From contig JAFUYJ010000001.1 of the NCBI GenBank assembly GCA_017470645.1, positions 16,091 to 80,090 of the forward strand: DNA of 64,000 nt. Reading direction: 5' to 3'. Below the pieces are notes generated by a model, which was given only the letters and a program-made list of their open reading frames with translations, made no database searches and had not been told where the DNA came from. Shown here piece after piece: positions 62,163-64,000 of this stretch (its first letter is position 1; each line of letters opens with the position of its first letter). Position numbers and translations under genes: made by a program. The stretch is from Clostridia bacterium (GTDB lineage: Bacteria > Bacillota > Clostridia > TANB77 > CAG-508).

Positions 62163-64000
62163 ATGGCACAAGAAATTAGTGAAGAAGAGAAAATGCGTAT
62201 TAAGTCTATGGTTGACGAGCTAGTAGAAAAGGCTAAAAAAGCATCAGAAGAATATTTACAATTAAATCAAGAGCAAGTTAACAACATAATTAAGGCAATG
62301 GCAATGGCTGGCTTAGAGAAGCACATGGAACTTGCAAAGATGGCAATTGAAGAAACTGGACGCGGTATTTATGAAGATAAAATAACAAAGAATATGTTTG
62401 CAACAGAATATATTTATCATAGCATAAAATACGATAAAACAGTTGGAATAATAGATGAAAACGAAGAAGAAGGATATGTAAGCATAGCAGAGCCTGTTGG
62501 AATCATTGCAGGAGTAACACCTGTTACAAATCCAACATCTACAACAATGTTTAAGTCAATTATTGCTGCAAAAACAAGAAATGTTATTATTTTTGGATTC
62601 CACCCATCATCACAAAAATGTAGTGTGGAAGCAGCAAAAACAGTAAGAGATGCTGCAATTAAGGCTGGTGCACCAGAAAACTGTATTTTATGGATTGAAG
62701 AACCTTCAATAACAGCAACAAATTATTTAATGAATCACCCAGATGTTAACTTAATATTAGCAACAGGTGGTACAGGAATGGTTAAAGCTGCTTACTCATG
62801 TGGAAAACCAGCTTTAGGAGTGGGACCAGGAAATGTACCTTGTTACATTGATAAAACTGCTAAATTAGAAACGTCTGTAAATGATTTGGTTTTATCTAAA
62901 TCTTTTGATAATGGTATGATTTGTGCATCTGAGCAATCTGTTATTGTTGATAGAGAAATTAAAGATGAATTTGAAAGATTAATGAAACAAGCAGGATGTT
63001 ACTTTATGACTGCAGAAGAAACAGACAGATTAAAAGGAAGCATGTTTATTGAGGAAAAAGGATGTGCTTTAAATGCTGATATAGTAGGAAAAAGTCCATA
63101 CAATATTGCAAAAAGAGCAGGTATTGAAGTTCCAAAAGAGACTAAAGTGTTGGTATTACAAGAAAACGGTGTAGGAATAGAATATCCATTTTCAAAGGAA
63201 AAGTTAAGCCCTGTTTTAGCGTATTATATAGTTGATAGTGCAGATGAAGGTATAGAATTAGCTGAAAAATTAATTGAATTTGGAGGTTTAGGTCATTCAG
63301 CTGTTATTCATTCGGAAGATGATGAAACAATTCGTAAATTCTCTGAAACCGTAAAAGCAGGAAGAATTATAGTTAATTCACCATCAACACATGGAGCAAT
63401 AGGTGATATTTATAATACTAATATGCCATCACTTACACTTGGTTGTGGAACATTTGGTGGAAATTCAACAACAGCAAACGTATCAAGTGTTAATTTAATA
63501 AATGTAAAAAGAGTTGCAAAAAGGAGGGTTAATATGCAATGGTTTAAAATTCCAGATAAAATTTATTTTGAAGCAGGTTCAATTCAATATTTAGAAAAAA
63601 TGCCTGAAATTACAAGAGCTTTTATAGTAACAGATCCAGGTATGGTTAAATTAGGTTATGTAGATAAAATATTATATCATTTAAGAAAAAGAGAAGAATA
63701 TGTGCATTCAGAAATATTTTCTGATGTAGAGTCAGATCCATCATTTGAAACAGTTAATAGGGGTGTAAAAATGATGAATGAATTTAAGCCAGATGTTATT
63801 ATAGCTCTTGGCGGTGGAAGTGCAATAGATGCAGCAAAAGGAATGTGGCTATTTTATGAGCATCCAGATGCTGATCCAGAGGGAATGAAACTTAAATTTA
63901 TGGATATTCGTAAACGTACCTATAAATTCCCTAAGCTAGGTGTTAAAGCTCAAATGGTTGCAATTCCAACAACATCAGGAACAGGTTCTGAGGTTACATC
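62163..64000 (+). CDS. adhE: bifunctional acetaldehyde-CoA/alcohol dehydrogenase AdhE, 3'-truncated by window edge (absent from the ORF track)
   Basis: Manual translation from ATG 62163 (RBS aagggagg) gives MAQEISEEEKMRIKSMVDELVEKAKKASEEYL...PVTNPTSTTMFKSIIAAKTRN...(ALDH domain)...GGGSAIDAAKGMWLFYEHP (Fe-ADH domain). No stop occurs through 64000. Confidence 0.9.
   Translation, partial: MAQEISEEEKMRIKSMVDELVEKAKKASEEYLQLNQEQVNNIIKAMAMAGLEKHMELAKMAIEETGRGIYEDKITKNMFATEYIYHSIKYDKTVGIIDENEEEGYVSIAEPVGIIAGVTPVTNPTSTTMFKSIIAAKTRNVIIFGFHPSSQKCSVEAAKTVRDAAIKAGAPENCILWIEEPSITATNYLMNHPDVNLILATGGTGMVKAAYSCGKPALGVGPGNVPCYIDKTAKLETSVNDLVLSKSFDNGMICASEQSVIVDREIKDEFERLMKQAGCYFMTAEETDRLKGSMFIEEKGCALNADIVGKSPYNIAKRAGIEVPKETKVLVLQENGVGIEYPFSKEKLSPVLAYYIVDSADEGIELAEKLIEFGGLGHSAVIHSEDDETIRKFSETVKAGRIIVNSPSTHGAIGDIYNTNMPSLTLGCGTFGGNSTTANVSSVNLINVKRVAKRRVNMQWFKIPDKIYFEAGSIQYLEKMPEITRAFIVTDPGMVKLGYVDKILYHLRKREEYVHSEIFSDVESDPSFETVNRGVKMMNEFKPDVIIALGGGSAIDAAKGMWLFYEHPDADPEGMKLKFMDIRKRTYKFPKLGVKAQMVAIPTTSGTGSEVT

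Noticed and set aside
1-64000. CRISPR arrays, rRNA genes, transposases/IS elements and prophage structural genes.
   Set aside because: I saw no regularly spaced direct repeats, rRNA-like conserved stretches, or DDE/serine/tyrosine recombinase motifs anywhere in the window.

Overview
This 64 kb window looks like a low-GC Firmicutes chromosome segment, probably Clostridia. The guess rests on an alpha/beta-type SASP, a SpoVD-like PBP with PASTA domains, AddB, MinD/MinE/RodA, a Clostridium-type Ogg and AdhE. The window is AT-rich and most genes sit on the + strand. Housekeeping genes that I can support:
- 5'-truncated murD, cdd, asnS(-), a CDF transporter, clpC, efp, tRNA-Leu(UAA), cca, minD, minE, rodA, dusB, mazF/ndoA, htrA(-), rnhB, pdp, a class B PBP(-), mtaD, smc, a P-type Ca-ATPase, pyrB, ogg, addB, pgeF, a gltD-like oxidoreductase, a yihY-family protein, leuS(-), and adhE (runs off the 3' end and is missing from the ORF track).
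Things worth a second look:
- Two intergenic long-stem inverted-repeat elements (1122-1405 and 6410-6633) share a conserved core with compensatory stem changes. Their outer arms are unrelated.
- A third inverted-repeat hairpin (55157-55308) sits exactly where addA would normally follow addB; addA is absent from the window.
- Synonymous composition shows strand-asymmetric patches: A-ending codons become G-ending while T-ending codons stay. The switch happens inside genes (addB 3' end, dusB, pdp).
- Three single-base +1 frameshifts disrupt a family-4 uracil-DNA glycosylase and a ~2700-aa cyclic-beta-1,2-glucan-synthase-like gene.
- MinE carries an ~85-aa Lys/Thr-rich C-terminal tail and there is no minC in the locus.
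- The MazF/EndoA toxin has no adjacent antitoxin.
- A DinD-like gene has a duplicated internal fragment upstream, and both copies preserve a GC-rich palindrome.
- Several singleton genes have atypical composition: one next to the tRNA, a divergent pair between the Cgs-like gene and ogg, and a tandem paralog pair before leuS.
I found no CRISPR array, rRNA or recognisable transposase.
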